DNA of 41,155 bases from a virus: the IMG/VR virus record IMGVR_UViG_3300029619_000017; one strand, 5' to 3'. The translations under genes were made by a program, and so were the position numbers. Of this stretch, positions 38,901 to 41,155 are shown in pieces. The notes under the pieces were generated by a model. It did not search any database and was not told the DNA's origin. It saw only the letters and a list, made by a program, of their open reading frames with translations. Every line of letters starts with the position of its first letter. The first letter of the stretch is position 1.

Positions 38901-41155
38901 AACGACGGCAACATTATTCCCCTTTCCGAACGGTTTAACGAGAACGAAAAGGATATAAGGTATCAAATATCGGACAACGCCGAAAAAGATGTTCAAGCTT
39001 TACTTGAAGGCAAGAAATTTACGGAGGACATTAAACTCACCGATTCCAGTCCTCGTATTATTTTGGGTCATAAGGGCGTTAAAAATCTTCCTATGCTGAT
39101 GAAGCCAAGTCATATCTTGGAAAACATTCTTACTACGGAGGAGGCCGAAAAGAGGGGTCTTAAAATAGATCCCGAAAAGATACATTATCACGGACTCGGC
39201 AAAACTCTGTTTCTTGATGTTATTCGAAGCCTTGACGATGTCAATCAGGCTTACAGGGGAACAAAAAACGCCGCTGACTCGTCACGGCGTGAAAATTATT
39301 TCCTGCTTATTTCTACTTTGAAAGATACCGAAGGCAATGTGATAAATGTCCCTGTTTATATTAACGAGCAAGGAAGATATAACCGTGTTTCAATAGATAC
39401 AAACAAGATTGGGACGGCTTTTGGAAGAGAGCAACTTCAAAGGTATATTCAGAAAGAAATCAAAAACGGTAATTTGGTGAGAATAAAAAAGAGAAGCTCC
39501 CTCGACAGTGGGCTGACAGGAGATAAAGTCCCTGACAGGCATAACGAAGCTACTTCTCGCGGAGGCTCCGAAGTTAGTGAGAAGCCGACAACAAAGGCCG
39601 ACGACTATTACAGCATTGCCTCTGATGATATTATACTCAACTCAACCGAAAAAAGTCAAGAAAAATTTTCGAAAATTTCGAAAAAACTTCTGACCGACGA
39701 GGTTAAAGCCTCAATATCCGATGCGGGAATGAGGCTGACCGATGACAAGGAGCTTTCCTCCCTACTGAGAGAACAGGCCTATAAGGAGGAGATAGACCGA
39801 CTCAAGGGCGAGCTTGTGAAATCCAAGCGAATGGGCGGCAAGGGCAAAAACCGCCTTATGAAGCAGGACATTAACCGCATTGCAAGGGATATCATTTCCG
39901 AATATTCAAGCAAAATAGACTCTTCAACGCTGAGGGACGAGCTTACTGGGCTTTATGAGTTTATGGACAACGCCGAAATGCAAAGCTCGGCGGACTATGC
40001 CGAGCTTGTGAAGCGGTCAACCGACATTGCAAAATCGGTTATTGCAAGCTCATATGTTGACATTACCGAACAAAGCGCAGAGGACTACAAGGCGGCAATG
40101 AGACACTACCGACTGACACCGAGCCTTAAGGATGTGGCCGAGCTTGAAGGAATGTTCGGCACCTTCGGAGCGGCATATAGGCAATACGGCCGAAAGCTCA
40201 ATATGCGGGCACAGGGAACGCCGGGGGCGTTACACATCGACGAGGTGTGGGACGAGCTTTGCAACAGCGTTCCGTTTCTTGACAGAGACGCCGTAAGCAC
40301 GCAGGATATGTGGCGAAATCTTATCGAGGTCAGAGACAGTCTCGACGAGAAAAACGGCTTTAATCCCTATATCACCGACGGAGATTTGACGGCAAATGAG
40401 GCGGCGGGTGCGCTGGGTGCGGACATACTCGAACGGTTTAACGAGGTCAGAGCCGACACGACCTTTGCCGACCGTGCACAGCAGCGGGTTGATTTGCGGG
40501 AGCGGAAAATATCCGAGCTTAAAGCCGAGAACAGAAGAAAACTTGCGGAGGCAAGAACACAGAGAGAACAGCGTATCGAGAGCCTAAAGCAAAGCTTCAG
40601 AGAGCAAAACCGCAAAAATCGGGAGCGAAGAAACGGCACCGACACCAAAAACAAGATAAGGCGGGTCGTTAAAAAACTCCGTTCGCTGTATCTGCACCCC
40701 ACCAAGGAGCGGAACATCAAAAAAGAGCTTAGGCCGATGATTGAAAAAACGCTGACCGCCTCCGAGTTCCTTTTTGCAAAGCAAAAGAGCGATTATGAAA
40801 TACTTATGGGAGTATCGCTTTCGGACGTTGGGAACAATACCAAGGCCGCCGAGTCTCTTGTAAAGCTTAACGAGACCTATCTTGCCTTTTCGGAGACAAA
40901 CGCCGAGATTTCACGGATAAAGGAGCAAATTGAATCTGCCGACGGACAGAACCTTTCGGAGCTTGAGCAGAGGTCGGAAGTGCTTACAAAGCAGAGGGAC
41001 AAACAGCGGGATTTGCTCAAAAGCATTGCGGCCGAAAACGGACTTGATAAGCTTGCGGCCTCCCGCCGGGAGCAGCTGAACCGCACAACGGTGAAAAATG
41101 CACTTTCGGAGCTTTACGACGCATACAGACAGCTTAAAAAATCAAAATCCCAGTA
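32952..41155 (+). CDS. N-terminal about 2,735 codons of the giant polyvalent virion protein (ORF runs off the window end and continues at 2..2830; total 3,644 aa)
   Basis: GAGGTG RBS then ATG 32952. My manual frame-0 translation met no stop up to 41155. The ORF track has no frame-0 + ORF over these 8.2 kb, as expected for an ORF lacking a stop inside the window. HEMYH at 36564-36578. YHGT...SSREIASTY ART-like segment from 37632. Confidence 0.85.
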   Translation, partial: MNALDAYKKKKEQSSGSAYTVLMADRIKSGKDTLFDDIMSFGKSSMGDNAYSNYYKGGFKTPDDYTAASDFLTSSVDTVNGYKERLEKNRAAYERVYGAEAVKKQEESLNQMLSLYNSQDLWDSINSRRDVFAQYKDADEYNSLNDMTAGQGKTLDDKISAAQEEYNNALSLLSKAKKGKYISRVKLPDSENQNIDIESAKDKESFAKAELERLKQLKLDWEKARAQYDDEGTPFSEKYNGYDYKGVGLAINALASKEYALSDSQKRELEWLRDNQISYANDEELKNALALAKGQAENAREKTNQMHFAATYDINNPDPFTEEQKNLAEEEAARYQAKAATLENYYNERKENERLAAIEKEVHDKYMPLLDDEEFAKHTTVESDKKSSVYLGSDRTTDVYNNIANVYNAKMTDDERKVFYGLYNTDKEKATKYLDELEPILNKRTTDAWVKVAQEGAEENPVLNSVLAIATNLASGIGSADALLRKATGKEIDTNSPANIMAHYSSTARGTTSQMLIDYLRKNPDSFWNTKSSLFGRDEDGNARAFGLFAKETTESMLDNLARIAVSKGIGTGLSEKALETIDFALMGSQVATQTIIDAKKKGLSDGKALAMGFTSGAIEAITEVWSVERILGNPKSFITTLGKSLVAEGSEEIASNILNRAVDVLVNADQSEVMQEYYGYINEGLSPSEASAKTVSGILGDDLSAGLGGALSGVMMSRANYGIAKSYAKAENVKNGVRQIKVGRELKSADSVITSLDEIIAANPDNKEVVTAREAIEKGEKVSARRLGKLLTDEFSAQYEKAVTDVDSTEVKAKLEQKGVKNADALSKTIAKAFNEGYDSVKGQERTELTHNSEAMEVYKEYQTERENAAENSGRLFRVYSDVDRSELVSYAKEQGKNNSFIREASDLAEGKTDLDSLDNLQEAVFSEITDQFLSADTVEEARTVYKELAKGAGKGIKSLLDMALDNRTEEITAANSYDTVESVSFNDTKDGVEAVVSTAKGKNLSPLSANIGYEAAAVINNAADRPTAVRNLYANEYLESNRHLVASTYNASFEKYYKAGEKGQSFSDIKRTSRDIKPSSARRIYEAGRAQAGAERNRQEQYKQSDEYKNRSKERTEQNAAAKKQGGVVREYSASKKVNRKLRGQLRLLDVWAKEKGVVIRVVSSLAEKYNLEGKIINGQYEGGNTIVIALDGKNALTSTAGHEMYHMIENLSPEYAQSFREFVIDHLKAAGKYDSVFADYEKRYGKTYARDEDFKAKIDEEIVADHCFEALTNKEQWDSFAAENKTLSDKIMEFIKEFVAMINRAFDKYFVHDNAEIRNEVLGEVDYMNEIARRLSEGVDEAVENYRFGAGTESETRFSIGYTLDNKAVAIIEDDILAGVPKSEWIKTVKDTISGKFSSGIPVSGRLIKVNRITKNEFTNSKDTKNLKNNKTVYKDKLKSANNLDDIVLASTNYINEDLKHTRKDNFKEFARGDVSIRIGNNDYSAKVIVGFTSGGNMVLYDIINFTPTKFVLNEKKKARNTAMHQNDAGSDRTRVPSDTIIRTNDKKSQGKISSFSISDEEYMSAAESGDTRLAQRMVNEAAGEAGYNSPLLYHGTQNFGFTEFDLNKMGDGRSIFLTSSREIASTYSGVGGKRNIEAPKSSANMTIDEVAKALNEVSKRDNGDLELSSYRVMTKKDLTTLERNVDKGIEDLYDTVQKKIDLYGEKLARDFNDKDEKTLNQLVDLSDLLEHYSYDKLSTPLYMLLHHSDAFTTEKFELSDLEADVRLMQLLKKNDLSNGVVVAEDKDRYYIRALDREKAAKLLDEQNAQGNYTLFAKLGNYLEIDGKGKNWNKIFAVLEPQEKTTFSAKYNTDTNTLVLSDEKGTFAEIKRDTLDEATPAMARAITYRYGKFLAATVLSQARDQLKNSATAEVQVRAVGDRNTREIAEFADEQGYDSVVFRDLMDNGGQNSKVGSSTTADIYIIFDPNNVKSADPITYDNDGNIIPLSERFNENEKDIRYQISDNAEKDVQALLEGKKFTEDIKLTDSSPRIILGHKGVKNLPMLMKPSHILENILTTEEAEKRGLKIDPEKIHYHGLGKTLFLDVIRSLDDVNQAYRGTKNAADSSRRENYFLLISTLKDTEGNVINVPVYINEQGRYNRVSIDTNKIGTAFGREQLQRYIQKEIKNGNLVRIKKRSSLDSGLTGDKVPDRHNEATSRGGSEVSEKPTTKADDYYSIASDDIILNSTEKSQEKFSKISKKLLTDEVKASISDAGMRLTDDKELSSLLREQAYKEEIDRLKGELVKSKRMGGKGKNRLMKQDINRIARDIISEYSSKIDSSTLRDELTGLYEFMDNAEMQSSADYAELVKRSTDIAKSVIASSYVDITEQSAEDYKAAMRHYRLTPSLKDVAELEGMFGTFGAAYRQYGRKLNMRAQGTPGALHIDEVWDELCNSVPFLDRDAVSTQDMWRNLIEVRDSLDEKNGFNPYITDGDLTANEAAGALGADILERFNEVRADTTFADRAQQRVDLRERKISELKAENRRKLAEARTQREQRIESLKQSFREQNRKNRERRNGTDTKNKIRRVVKKLRSLYLHPTKERNIKKELRPMIEKTLTASEFLFAKQKSDYEILMGVSLSDVGNNTKAAESLVKLNETYLAFSETNAEISRIKEQIESADGQNLSELEQRSEVLTKQRDKQRDLLKSIAAENGLDKLAASRREQLNRTTVKNALSELYDAYRQLKKSKSQ
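41057..41155. repeat. Terminal direct repeat, copy 2 (identical to 1-99)
   Basis: Read by eye: 99/99 identical bases at both window ends. Confidence 0.97.

Larger units (their letters stand above)
1..41056. mobile_element. Complete temperate tailed-phage genome, circular assembly (unique length 41,056 bp)
   Basis: Exact 99-bp overlap between the two window ends. The full set of lysogeny, replication, packaging, head, tail/ejection and lysis modules is present. Confidence 0.9.

Noticed and set aside
32952-41155. Reading the giant ORF as a tape-measure protein
   Set aside because: No tail tube gene or G/GT chaperone pair precedes it. 3,644 aa would imply an implausibly long tail. It also contains enzyme-like modules (HExxH, ART-like). 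Hydrophobic stretches alone are equally compatible with an ejected internal protein.

Overview
The window is a complete, circularly closed temperate phage genome. Bases 1-99 repeat exactly at 41057-41155, so the unique circle is 41,056 bp. Three things point to a Clostridia/Firmicutes host: strong GGAGG-type ribosome-binding sites, a Prp/L27-type maturation signal on the capsid proteins, and a dockerin-like tail on the endolysin.

Gene order around the circle:
- receptor-binding protein, M15 endolysin, holins, and a small post-lysis cargo cassette
- attP carrying a tRNA 3' fragment, followed by a tyrosine integrase
- an AT-rich island of two membrane-protein genes
- three XRE-type regulators with two near-consensus rightward promoters facing them
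- a recombination/replication module: Gp157-like, Rad52-like annealase, NinB-like, replisome organiser with internal iterons, MazG-like, SSB, VRR-NUC, HNH
- a scrambled, frame-broken C5 cytosine methyltransferase locus
- a sigma-region-4-like late regulator, terS, terL, portal, Prp-like protease, scaffold and major capsid
- a T7-like run of adaptor, nozzle and internal proteins, with no tail tube, sheath or tape-measure set

The most striking feature is hidden by the linearisation. An ORF starting at 32952 has no stop before the window end. It continues in frame through the overlap to 2830, giving one 10,935-nt gene (3,644 aa, about 27% of the genome). It carries an HExxH metallopeptidase-like module, an ART-like module and other compact modules. 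This matches a polyvalent, probably virion-delivered effector protein at the position of an ejected internal core protein.

Other points worth follow-up:
- a phage-encoded Prp protease with matching ILNLFDG signals on scaffold and capsid
- a 21-nt dyad motif present three times just upstream of terS and the scaffold gene
- the permuted methyltransferase, which has two +1 homopolymer frameshifts and a possibly dual-coding stretch
- the AT-rich island next to int
- ori-like iterons inside the replisome-organiser gene

All functional calls rest on motif recognition by eye. No database search was possible.
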